From Tubulanus polymorphus (lineage: Eukaryota > Animalia > Nemertea), in assembly GCF_964204645.1 (NCBI RefSeq), contig NC_134033.1, forward strand, positions 2,996,131 to 3,060,130: a stretch of DNA of 64,000 nucleotides, read 5' to 3'. Made by a program: the position numbers and the translations under genes. This document shows positions 26,812 to 40,300 of this stretch, piece after piece. Every line of letters starts with the position of its first letter. The stretch's first letter is position 1. The notes under the pieces were generated by a model. The model saw only the letters and a program-made list of their open reading frames with translations. It was not told the origin of the DNA and did not search any database.

Positions 26812-27373
26812 GGTTGGTGTTGGTTCTCCGAAAAGTCAGTACCGAACCAGTCCTCACCCGCCACAATCAGATATCCACGCGCTTCGCTTAGCTTCAACTC
26901 AGTTATTATATTGACTGTAGAGTGTGAATTGTCGAAACAGATATTGACGAAGTGTTTTACAGAGACGCAGAATAATTTGCAGTATAGATAGAAAATGTCA
27001 TCGAATATTATCACAAACTGAACGCAGTTCGGGAGCGACAGTAAATATTTTTAGAGAAATAATTGCACTTGATTATAAACACGATATATTGAAACATGTC
27101 TAAATTTAGAAACCGCGGTAATTACAGCGAAACCGAGAACAGATGAAAGTTTCACAAATACGAGACTGGCGCCAGTTTGATGGGCGGATTTTTTACAAAA
27201 TAATTGGACTCGATCAATTCGTCAACTTCTGCATTTGCGAATTCATCATTACTTCGTCAACTTCTGCCATTTGCGAATTCGTCATTACTTCGCAGCTACT
27301 CGTTTGAGAAATGTCGCGCAAACTTAGAAATAGTTAGAAATGTGTTTGTTTTGAAGCGTGAATTGTGTCCAAT

Positions 27374-30300
27374 ATGCAGCGAATGAGAGCGTTGTTCGTA
27401 GTTTTACTGATCGCTTGCGGAGACTGTATATTTACGCGGGCTGATCGCGCAAACTCTGTCGAGGAAGCCGCGTCTGTTACAGTCAGTTCATCTTGTAACA
27501 ACACTCAATACTCCGTCGATTCTACGTCTGGTTACATCGTTTCACCGAACTATCCGTCGTTAGTGCGCGGCGTTGAATGTCGTTGGTTCGTCAACAGCTC
27601 TTTACCGGGAAGTTTTCTCGTTCAAGTTTACTACGACATCGAGCCGTCGATATTCTGTAACGAAAACTACCTTCTCGTCGGTGAGTCCGGCAACAAACTC
27701 TGCGCTACCGGAAGAAAACGACTTGATATCCGCAGTAACGGTTTGATCTCGTTGTTGTTTAGGAGTAACGTCGATGGAGCGCGAGGTAGTCGGGTTTATA
27801 TCATATATCGTTTTGAAGAACAGAGTCGCTTGAAAATCGTACATACATGTCGCAAAAGGGCAGTAAAAGAATTACCAACTCAAACAGGTTATAAATTCAT
27901 GATTTCTACCCGGCGATGTAAATTGTTGTTAGAATGGATCGGGATGCCAGACGGGTTTGCAATGAATTTTACGTTTATAGAGATAGATTTCAGATTAAGA
28001 CCAGGTGACGATCCGATGAAAACTCGTCCTCAAATTTACGACGGATGGAACAGCACCAGTGAACCTATAGCTCTTATACGAGAACAAACCGGACATCCGC
28101 CTTCATCGTTTTATACTAAAACTAATAAAGCGTGTGTAGAATTTGAAAATAAAGAGTGGTTTAAGTCACAGTTACTCGTGCAAGTTTACAAAATATCAGA
28201 TTGGAACATCTCTAACCCGTTAATTCAAGTCTATAATAAATCAGGACTGCTCACTACAATTGATGGAATACCACATATAGTAACTCAGTCTAAACACTTA
28301 TACTGCTGGTCTATCACAGTCGATGTTCTGCAGTACGTCGTCTTCAACTGGACACGTGATCTCGTCTCGTCACCAGGTGTCGTTGGTGTATATAAACGGG
28401 AAGGGTTACGTATTGTGAGAACTGATATTTTACTCAGTTTTAACCATCTTAAATCTCTGAGTGTAAAATCAGACGGATTTCTCGTGATCCTGTGCGTTAT
28501 AACGACATCGGATTTTTTAAGATCGAATTTGAAAATAGAATTTGAAGTGAAATCGATGACAATATCAGACGTCTACGTCAACAAGCCAAGGATATCGGTA
28601 AGTTTATTACAGTGATTTAGATTAGGTTCGTGTAATAGAATCAATGTAATTATCTATATTTTTATGGCTATTTTGACCAGTGAAACTTTACCGAGAAACT
28701 TGGAATAACAACGTTATGTGTGACCCAAATTTCAATATATTCGGACGCACTCGTTGTTTACGCAGAGTAATTATGATGATTAATGGAGGAATTTAAGTTA
28801 AGTTTCGATAGCTACATTTTGAACTATTATCAATATATCGAGGTCGTACAGGGTTTGAAATTGTTGTATTGTAAACGTTTACTGCTGTAATCAATTCTCT
28901 TATATTTCAGCATTCAGTCACAAACTCAATATCAGTTCATAAAATGTTCCCGAGGTCAAAGAATACATTGTATCGTGTAACTACATTACAACTAAACTGG
29001 AAAGTGAACATCTATGAAGAACAACAGTTAAAACTAACAGTGCTATCAGAAAACTGTGACCGAGCTGGTTTTTATATATTTGATGGCAGTAATTTCACAG
29101 CTAGACGCTATGGTCCGTATTGTCCCGGTTCATACTCCGGCCGATCTGTCGTCAGCCTGATTACATCAGGTGGACCGATTACTGTAGTAGCATACGCTTA
29201 TTACTATAACAATCAGTTAACAGTAGATCGTCCTGACTGGACATACCTAAGATTTGGTCTAACTGATTGTGACGGTTATATTCTACAGCAAGAAGAAAGT
29301 CAGATCAATATGACGTCACACTGTCTCGTGATTACACCTGAAAATCGACGCCTTGGCTTGAAAAATATTCACATATTATCAGAACACGAATATCAAATTG
29401 ATAAATGTTTTCTCAGGATTTCATCACAATGTGATCAGTCTCTGAGTTTAAGTTATCAGTTTCTTAATAACAGTCTCGTATCAAACACTGTAGATTTCAC
29501 AGGTAATGGGTTTGGATTTTGGCAGCGACCACTAATTGTTAAACTACGTCGTAAATGTCTAGGAGTAAAAAAAGCGGATAGTTATGGATTTGCCGGTTCC
29601 GCTCTCCCAGTTACTACTAAAGATAAATGTGGACTCGTGCAGTCACCGAACTACCCGGGTCGGGCAGGACGTAAATCAGACTCGATTTCCTATAAATTTG
29701 AAAACCCGATACAACAAAATATATTTCAATATTACAGATTTATCGTCAAATCTATTGGATCAGTTTCATGCGAAACAGACAGATCCGGTCGATATGATCC
29801 TATTATTTTGATACAGCTACTAGTGCTGTACCTAAATGAAAAACTTGTCAAATTTATTGATACCCAACATGAAACTAAAATATGTGAAAATAATGCGGTT
29901 CGTGGACTCAAATTCCACAGTTTGAACGATAATTCTCTGCGTTTTGAAGTTAAGAATAGAATCCCCACCTTTCAGATACAATACACTTTACACGAGTCGT
30001 TACCGATTAAACATTTCGATGATTTCTACTGTAAACAAGGATTTCTGGATTCGGGAATTTCCTGCATAAAATTCATCAGAGATGAACGTCTGAATTGGGA
30101 GAACTCTGAAATATACTGTAGACAGAAGTACGCGGGACATCTAACCAGTATCAACTCAGAACAGGAAATGATTTCCATCAAAAGATTATTCGCTACAGAA
30201 CTTCTCCGAATGGCGTACTCATTAAAAGCGCTCATAATAATGGTTGGATTAAAATGGAAGGTAAGACTAATGTATACAAATATGAATTAGAATAGGATGA

Positions 30301-33300
30301 TTTTTAAAGGTTATGATATATTTCGTTTTCTTCACGAAACAGGATGATGGTTATTACACGTGGACTGACGGTAAACCATTGAGCTACACAGAGTGGTATA
30401 AACCTGTCATTAATGAAACGATACCAGAAGTTATTCGAGGATTGATATCTCCGCTAAGAAAACAGCCGATAAATGACGTCAATATGCCGTGTGCGGCGAT
30501 GATACTGAATAATCCACGAGGATCAGCGAACTGGGTTCGATTCCCGTGTCAAATCGAGGAGACGCATACGACATTCATTTGTGAATCTGAGAGAATCGAC
30601 TTCAAAAACAAACACAATTCAACGATAAACGATGCGAACAATTCAACAAATACAGACTTAAATAAAACCATAGATCAAATGATTCCCGATAATACTCTGA
30701 TTAATTCAACCTGTCCAAGACATTGGGTAACTATTTCCGGACAATGTTATCAAATACTAACCGACTGGAAAAACAATCGTGGTTTGAATATTCGGAGTGC
30801 TAGAGAAATGTGTCACAGCATCCGCGCCGAAATAGTAAGAAACAACTTAAATATAGAAAGTGATATGAACAATTTGATCAACAAATTTCAATATCGCCAT
30901 CAATATGGCGCTATACTGACAATGGACCGCGACGCATTTAAAGTTATCAAACCACTGGTGACCAGAAATGAAATTACTTATATTCAATCAGTTAAATGGT
31001 TATTGAAACCTTTCGATACAAAAGATAAAGTGCATTCCGTGTTGTGTAACTATAATGTAACTGGTGAAGAGTTAGCTTCTATAAGCGGTTGTAAATCGTG
31101 GCAGTTTGAATGTAACGATCAAAGATGTATCAGCGACCATCGCGTATGTGATACCAGACACGACTGTCAACACGGTGAAGATGAACTCGATTGTACGGAT
31201 ATCAATTTACACAGTCAGTTCCGCTGTAACGATGGACAGGTTATATCGATTAGCGGTTTCTGTGACTTTATTAGAGATTGCGTCGATGGCTCGGATGAGA
31301 ACTCGTGCTATCATCCACCGTGTTTATCTACGCAATATCGCTGTTCCAATCACCAATGTATCGATAGTTATAAACGATGTGACGGACTAGCCAACTGTGA
31401 AGACGGTTCCGATGAGATCGGATGCACTGCCGAAATTTGTCAGGGGTTCTCGTGCGCGGACGGTAAATGTATTAGTTCTCAGTTGTACCGGGATGGTGTC
31501 GTGGATTGTAGCGGAAGTCTCGAAGAAGACGAATTGGTCACTAATATTACAGTGAATCCCGAGGTTTACTGTAATAATGACAATCACTGTACGACTCGTT
31601 TCACAGATCTGTGCAAGGAATCGGATGAACAAAGATGTTCGTTCTATTCTCCTCGCTGTTATTCCCGATACGAAAGGTGTATTTTAGAAAGGACGCCGAT
31701 TGGTTTTCCGGTATGTAGAAATCTTGAACATATACTCGCGTGTAATGACTTCGAATGCGCGGCTGGTACTGTAAAATGTCCGGCATCTTACTGTATACCG
31801 ATCAGACACGTTTGTGACGGTCGATCCGATTGTCCGAATTCTGAAGATGAACGAAACTGCGAGACTTGGTCGTGTCCGGGAATGTTTAAATGTGGCCAGG
31901 AAAACCGATGTATTCCGCAATCTGAAGTTTGCGACGGAGTCGTAAATTGTAAACATAACTCGGATGACGAGTCATTCTGTAAGGTCACGTGTCCTGAGCG
32001 TTGTAATTGCCGGGGTCATTTCATCGATTGTGAAAATGCTCTTTTATCAGATATTACTGGTCGGTTTATAGAATCAACTCGGGTTTTGATTTTGTCGAAT
32101 AACCGAGTCGTATTTAACGAGTCGACGTTCAACTCTTTCATTTATCTTCGTTTTCTCGATATTTCGGGCAATAATTTGTCTTACATCGTTCCAAACGCGT
32201 TTTCTAATCTAAATAATCTATACGCATTAGACCTTACTCACAACCGCATAACATCATTATCTGCTAATACATTCGCAGGTTTGATCGGTTTAAAACAACT
32301 ATTTCTTATCGGAAATCCGCTGCAACATTTAGAAGACGGAAGTTTCCGAGGTCTGGCGTCACTGATTGTTCTCGATCTTCACCGACTTTCTATATCGGTT
32401 CTCGGTGAAAATGTATTTAAAGGTTTATCCGCATTACAGTCGATAAATATCAGCAGTAACAGAATTCGTTATATTTCTAGCTATGCTTTTTCTGGACTGA
32501 CTAAACTAGAAATTCTAGACCTCGTCAACAATTCCGAAGTGATATTCGTAAAAAGAAACGTTCTGGGCGATCTTACATCATTAAAATACCTCGCTTCGGA
32601 TGCTTACAAATTTTGCTGCATGGCACCGAATGTTGACCGATGTCTTCCCGAAGCTGATCAATTTTCGACCTGCTCTGACCTGATGGGTAACGCTGTACTG
32701 AGGGCCATCATCTGGATGATCGCATCTTTCAGTTTTCTCGCTAACAGTATCGTTATCTTATTTCGCGTTCAAGCTTTGCGGATGGAATCCTCCGGAACAC
32801 GTAACACATCTTCAGACATCCTCATCATAAATATTGCCGGTTGTGATTTTCTGATGTCGGTCTATTTGTTTTTGATCGCGGGAGCTGACCACGCGTTCAA
32901 AGGCGTTTATTATCTGAATTCTGAAACCTGGACGGATAGTTTATTATGCCGTCTCTCCGGGGTTATTGTCGCCGTTTCGTGCGAAGGTTCCTTGACTTTT
33001 CTCTTAATTCTAACGCGTCAGAGATATTCAAATATCGTCAACCCGTTTTCTAGAAGTCCGATTATAACTCCGAAATACGTTATCGGTATTTGTTGCATTT
33101 GTTGGCTCGTTATGAGCACAGTTTCTATTCTACCGCTGTCATCGTCGTCTTACTTCGGACACAATTTTTACGGTACAACCGGAGTTTGTTTGCCTATGAA
33201 TTTACTGACGATCGACGTCAATGGCTGGCACTATTCATTCGCTATTTTTGCCTTGTTTAATGCGGCCATATTGGCTACGATAATGACGACGTACGCTCAG

Positions 33301-33609
33301 ATGTATAGACTCGTATCTGGAAGTAGGTCGGGCTCGGGTAGAGCCGATCCTACCGAACTGGTTTTAGCACGAAGGAGTCTAGTAATCAATCTTTGTAATC
33401 TATTTTGCTGGCTACCGATAATAATCGTTCAGTTTTGCGCCGTATTTTCGGTCGAGATACCGAACCAGGTGGCCGCTTGGCTGGCCGTTCTATTTTTACC
33501 GATCAACTCGTCTCTGAATCCGCTTCTTTATACAATACTTACTATCGATATGAAATCTATTCGTGAACGCAATAAACGACGACTAGGATTGACGACATCC
33601 AGTAAATAA
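27374..33609 (+). CDS. GRL101-like CUB/CTLD/LDLa/LRR GPCR, copy 3 (intact, ~1946 aa); exons 27374-28597, 28911-30260, 30343-33609
   Basis: Phase-0 GT-AG introns 28598-28910 and 30261-30342; same domain motifs as copy 1. Confidence 0.93.
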
Positions 33610-36417
33610 ACAACAGTTTGACACGAGTCCCTGTATAATGTTTGCCTATCTATAAATCGGGGTTGAAACTCGAAATCCTAAAACTTAGTTGAGTTCGTTT
33701 GAAATCGCATGACCGAATTAGTTTAATTATTTTATTGTGTCATTCACAATAAAGAAGTTTCCAGTTTCTAGTTTTCATTTCGTGGCGGTCCCTCGAGGTC
33801 CCAATTGGTGCGATAAATTTGCGCTCATTGCGAAACATAAGTTTTTATACAATATCATACAGCTCTGTAGTGTATTGAAATTAAATCATGGTGATTAAAT
33901 ATTTCGACTCCACAAAATGTCTACTCGCCATGAATCATGTGACGTGTGGAGCTCCTTAGTTTATTCCGGAAGAGTTTGAGTCTTCCGGTCGCGATTTGGG
34001 TTGGTTTAATCGAAACGGTAGCAAACATGTCCCGAGAAATTGGCGAAAGGGCATCATTTAAAAAAACAAATATTTGAAGTTCTCTTGGATGATTCAATTA
34101 GTGACGATGGTAGTTTGTATATCAACCCTCGTCACGCGTGAATGAACACGAAATACCCTAAGATTAAACCTAACCTCAGTTTCCTAGAGAGAAATAATTT
34201 ATAATTTCTACTCACCGATTTATGTGAGCATTTTTCGATTATCTTTTCCTCGAAGAGATTTATCATTCAGCTCACATGAGTCATCTATCAGATCAGGTTG
34301 TTTTTGTCGGCACACACTTGATGCAAACAGGTCCTGATGAAGTGAGGAAGTTCTGGAATCTGGAAAGTGTATTTGTCGGTTTAGTCAACAATCAGATCCT
34401 GCTCAGGAAGATCTTCTCTGAAAAAGCAACTAAGGTGTTTAATTTGACTTGAATCAGCTTGAATCCGACCTAACTTAAGTTTGACATTTAGAATTGGAAT
34501 TAAAATGTCTTCTCACCAATTCATGAGTGGAACTTCATGGATTATAACGATCAGTTATCGTTTCATTGGGAGATTTGACACCCAAGTTACAGCACTAAAA
34601 TATGTCCCGTCTTGTTGGTTAAGTCCAGCACGCACTGACAGCAATCAGGTCCCGAGGAAGTAGAGCATATCTGAAAAACAGTATTGATCTCAATAATAAT
34701 TTTAAATTTGACTCGATACATGCACATTGTAATCTGTTATATCCATTATCAAAAACCCACAAATCTACTCACCACCAATTTATGTGTGAAGCATCATGGA
34801 TTTTTTAGAAAAGCCTGGAGTCTGGTATTGGCAGCAATCAGGTCCTGAGTGAGGAATGGCTAATCTGAAAAACAACAATTTCATATTTCAGTTCCGACTG
34901 GAAGAATCAATGTTTAAGTTTAGGTTGGATGCCCGAGTGAGATCCCAGAGATAGGGAGTCAAGTAGACTAATTTTACACGAGATGTGAATTGTCGAAAGC
35001 ATCCCTCGGCAACTTCGCAAATTAGTCTCTAAATTAGTGGAAAAAAACTTATAGATCTCCCTTTTCACTTACGTAACCTCACATAAGGACTGGACATATA
35101 TGCGCGTGTATAGTGAATTCAACGTATGTTACGAATGAATCATCAGAATTGGTTCAATTCAAATCGAACACGTATTACATGATTTCAAAGATCGAGGACA
35201 AGAACAGGCCACAATATGAACGGAGTTTGTCATAATGCGGTTCAATGGACACGAGCACCACTGGCTAGATAATACCAGACTGGCCCTGTTAGTATCTTAA
35301 CTTCAGAAACCTAACTAATATATGAAGTAGATTTAATATCAGATATTCTCTAACAGTCCTCGTTAAAATGATATTTCTATACAGTAAATTAAATCCTTTC
35401 AAAATTGAATTAACTGAAAAATCACTTTGCAATACAATCTGTTAATTACATTTCCATTGTCTATAACTCGAATTGTCACTGGAATCAAGCACGAATCTTA
35501 GAACTATTTGCAATTGATTTCATCAAATAAAATGAATTAAGATGATATCATCATAGGAAATATGCAATCCATTCAATAAATCAAATACCCATTGTCTGTA
35601 ACTTGCTAGAACTGTCTTAGCACCAGCAACAGCAGCAACAGCAGCAGCCAAGCAGGAAATACTGTTATTTGTATTTATGAATTCAAGTCAAGATGAATAA
35701 ATATAGGCTACTTTAACTTTTCTCTTAATTCTAACGCGTTAGAGATATTCAAATATCGTCAACCCGTTTTCTAGAAGTCCGATTATAACGCCGAAATACG
35801 TTATCGGTATTTGCTGTATTTGTTGGTTCGTTATAAGCACGGTTTCTATTCTACCGCTGTCATCGTCGTCTTACTTGGATTGAGTTGTTTCCTCAAAAAG
35901 TCTGCACAGAACAAGACCTTACCCGCCACAATCAGATATCCATACGCTTCATCTAGCTACAACTCAGTTATTATATTGACTGTAGAGTGTGAATTGTCAA
36001 AACAGATATTGACGAAGTGTTTTACAGAGACGCAGAATATTCTGAAGTTAATATAGAAAATATCATCGAACATTATCAAAAACTGGTTCGGTTATCAAAA
36101 CGCAGTTCGGGAGCGACAGTAAATATTTTTAGCGAAATAATCGCACACGATTATAGACACGATATATTGAAGCACGTCTAAATTTAGAAACCGCGGTAAT
36201 TACAGCGAAACCGAGAACAGATGAAAGTTTTACAAATACGTGACTGGCGCCAGTTTGATGGGAGAGTTTTTATACAAAATAATTGGACTCAATTAATTCG
36301 TCAACTTTAAACATTTGCGAATTCGTCATTACTTTGCAGCCACTCTTATGAGAAATGTCGCGCAAACTTAGAAATAGTTAGAAATGTGTTTGTTTTGAAG
36401 CGTGAATTGTGTTCAAT

Positions 36418-37309
36418 ATGCAGCGAATGAAAGCGTTGTTCGTAGTTTTACTGATCGCTTGCGGAGACTGTATATTTACGCGGGCTGATCGCGCAAAATC
36501 TGTCGAGGAAGCCGCGTCTGTTACAGTCAGTTCATCTTGTAACAACACTCAATACTCCGTCGATTCTACGTCTGGTTACATCGTTTCACCGAACTATCCG
36601 TCGTTAGTGCGCTGTGTTGAATGTCGTTGGTTCGTCAACAACTCTTTACCGGGAAGTTTTCTCGTTCAAGTTTACTACGACATCGAGCCGTCGATATTCT
36701 GTAACGAAAACTACCTTCTAGTCGGTGAGTCCGGCAACAAACTCTGCGCTAACGGAAGAAAACAACTTGATATCCGCAGTAACGGTTTGATTTCGTTGTT
36801 GTTTAGGAGTAACGTCGATGGAGCGCGAGGTAGTCGGGTTAACATCATATATCGGTTTGAAGAACAGAGTCACTTGAAAATTGTATATACATGTCACAAG
36901 CATGCAGTAAAAGAATTACCAACTCAAACAGGTTATGAATTCATGATTTCTACCCTCCGATGTAAATTGTTGTTAGAATGGATCGGGATGCCAGACGGGT
37001 TTGCAATGAATTTAACGTTTATACAGATAGATTTCAGATTAAGACCAGGTGAGGATCCGATGAAAACTCGTCCTCAAATTTCCGACGGATGGAACAGCAC
37101 CAGTGAACCTATAGCTCTTATACGAGAACAAACCGGACATCCGCCTTCATCGTTTTATACTAAAACTAACAAAGCACGTATTGAAATTGAAAGTAGTTTG
37201 AAGTCGAAGCTACTCTGGCAAGTTTACAAAATATCAGATTGGAACATCTCTAACCCGTTAATTCAAGTATATAATAAATCAGGACTGCTCACTACAATTG
37301 ATGGAATAC
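36418..37309 (+). pseudogene. GRL101-like GPCR copy 4, 5' fragment of exon 1 truncated by an LTR element
   Basis: Homology to exon 1 ends at ...GATGGAATAC (37309), directly abutting the LTR start. The rest of the gene is not found after the 3' LTR. Confidence 0.88.
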
Positions 37310-40300
37310 TATTGGGGTGATAAATTAGTAGTTTGCATAGAGGGAGGGAAGCCAGAGTTCAGGGCAGTGGCTGAAGTTAGTAAACAAACTACGTAGATGC
37401 TTACGTCGCACACAAGACACTGAATAGAAGATAGGTGAAAGTGACGTGAGTATCTGCGTAGGGTTGCTGGTTATAGCGACAGCCTTGAGCTCTGGTATGG
37501 CTAGGAAGTAAACAAGTAATAAACTCGTGACGTATAACATATGTAGAAGTATACGTCACGAGTAACATGAAATAAGATAAAAAGGGAGGGTCAGCACAGT
37601 AAGGGGAAGAGAGATGCGAGAGTGGCGGAGAAGCCTAAAAATACGAGCTGTAGGAAGGAATAAGAATTGGGCGGGAAAATAAAGAAAAGAACGTAGACCC
37701 ACGAGAAGAGTTGTTATTATTCCGGAGTCAGAGGGATATCACTTATCGGATTAATCGGAACCAACAACGACAACACGAGGGGAGAACGCAACGTGGCCCC
37801 CACAACAATTGGTTGAGAAATTCAACCCCGCAACATTGTTGGAGAACCGAAAGCAACTCCACAACATTGGTGGAGAACAGTGGTGTATCCTGCACCTCTC
37901 GCTGCCAAGCGATCCTGTATATTTGGTGAGTGAGCAGGGGTGAAGTAAAAGTGTAAGATGAACGTTGCATTCCGTAACCGTTATAATTACATGAAATACG
38001 GACCGCTACCGCGGGTTAAGTTGAAATATTGCGGATAACTCGATCTGTGTATAAAAATCATTCCCGTCTGGATTTAATAGCTGTTTGTTTGTCTTATTCG
38101 AGAAATATGTAATCTTCATATCGTCAGATTCAGTTGAAATGAATTATAGAGCTTCCACTGCGGAAAGTAGTTGTTTCTTTCCATATTTAAATTAATTGAA
38201 TTATCCGATTTGGTGTGGCGTTTTCGTAAGATCGTGTTTTGGACACTACGTTTTACATGGCAGCAAATTGAATTTATGACTCCGAATTTAGATTCGTGTG
38301 AATTAACGGACTTAATGGCGTTCGGAAACGAAGTAATTCTGCGATCATAGCGCGATAAATGAAAAACAGTGGAGTATTAGAGGCATTATACAAACGCATT
38401 TCATCATCGGACAGTTCATAGATCTGCTACGGGAAATCGACCTTGGAGACGTTCAACGGACTACGATTGCGGCTTATAGTAATTGTAAATAATATGATAT
38501 GTATTTCTGCATGTTTTGATTGCTTTTGTAGAATGATACTCAGCGTTTTTAAGTTGCTTGAGTGCTGGGTTATTGTATCTACGTAGATATAAATATGCAC
38601 TACGTAAATCTTTTATAGTTTACTAAATTTGCTGGATGGTATTTCGCGAAAGAATGATTTATTAGTCTAGGTAAGCCACTCGGTTATCAGTGTAACGATA
38701 GTTGAAAGCGCTCACTGCCTGTATATACCTAACAAATAACTGTGGTGTTTATGTGGTTTTAAGAAATATAATGAGTATCGCGAGTTAGTATAGAATATGT
38801 TTACTGTGCAAAGGTTAGATTGGGCGCTCAGTGGTGAATCTTACCGGAGGGGGTTTGAATAGAGTAGTTTATATGAGATGAATTAAGGTGGACCAGGGAC
38901 CTGGATGAAGGGTAAGGGATGCTCTAGGGATGGTCCGGAATAATACGGGGGATTAGAGCCCGAAGGATGAATTCTGAAGATCCTTTGAAACAGTATAATG
39001 TTTAGTGGCTGGCCTCGGGGAGAGATTGGATATATATGTTGGGCATTATTAGGGTCGAATATCAAGAAATACCAAATGGGTGATTCGTCGGCCGGTTCCC
39101 TATTTATCCATAGATTTTATTTACTCCGGTAAGGCGTGACATGGGGGATGATACGGAAATGAGAAATGTCACGATACAGCTATTTGTTAGGTATGCTGAA
39201 ATGGCCATTCAGGGGATTGGTTTTTTAGAAGTAAAGGGTTGCTCATTGCGTAATACAATAAGTATGATAAGTATTATTCGGTAGATTGGGTATCTTAACT
39301 GAATGGTCGTAGATTGCAGGGATGTGTGAGCGCTATTTTTTTTTCTTCCGAACTTTCAGTCCGTCTTGACCGGTTTATATACAGGATGATGCGTCGGCCG
39401 TTTTACATGTGGGGTTATATCCCCTGATTTGCGGGAAGGAATTAGAACAATTCGAATATCAGATGTGGGTGGTTTGGAAGACCATAGGCCCAGGAGTTAA
39501 AGTTAATTTTTGAGAATCGGCTGTTTGAATGGCACTGAATGAGTAGTGTCCAGAGGAATTTTCCCTAACTTTTGGGTGATGCATCTTAATGAGTTTTGTA
39601 GTCACTTTATGACATCCTTCCATTAATATATGGCGGCCTGCCTGTCTATTTCAACGGTTCCAAGCCGCAAATAGCAGTTCATGTTATCCCTGCCTAGACT
39701 ACGGATAAATGTGCTTTCTGAGGAAATGGGTGGGGACTAGCAGCTGATATCTCAATAATGCGAATGTACGCATGCGGTATATTCATTTTTGGTATGTTTT
39801 GGCTTACCTTTATGTTACGTACACATAGAAAAATTATTATGAAATTGTTTGTGAATTCATTGTTGAGCATGTATGTTGCCAACGTGTGCTGGGCACATAA
39901 TAATCAACTAAATGATGTATCTGGCATCTGTATTAATTTACGTCGTTGATTGGGGTCGGGACAGGTTTGACAAATCATCTGATATCGGTTAAGGTAACGG
40001 CTGATAGTTTGGACAGTGGGAAATTGACGTGTTTGCAATGGTAATTTTAAAGACAAATTAGGCTGCACACACTGATTATTTTTTTTGGTAAAGATAACGA
40101 GAACGAGAAGAGTCAGAAAGTTGAAGTGGTTGGTCATATATTGTTAAATTATTAGACTACATAAATGTGGATATAGAGAAATGGGTGATTGTCTATGAAA
40201 GCTATTTGAGAAGTTGTGTTTGATATGTTTTTTTTTGCATGACTACAATTGTATAGGCTTGTTCTCATTAAATGTAAGATCAATATACAGATGTACATGC

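Noticed and set aside
37325-37540. Duplicated 71-aa hydrophobic ORF (also 40822-41037)
   Set aside because: Lies antisense within the purine-rich LTRs; duplication reflects the LTR pair.
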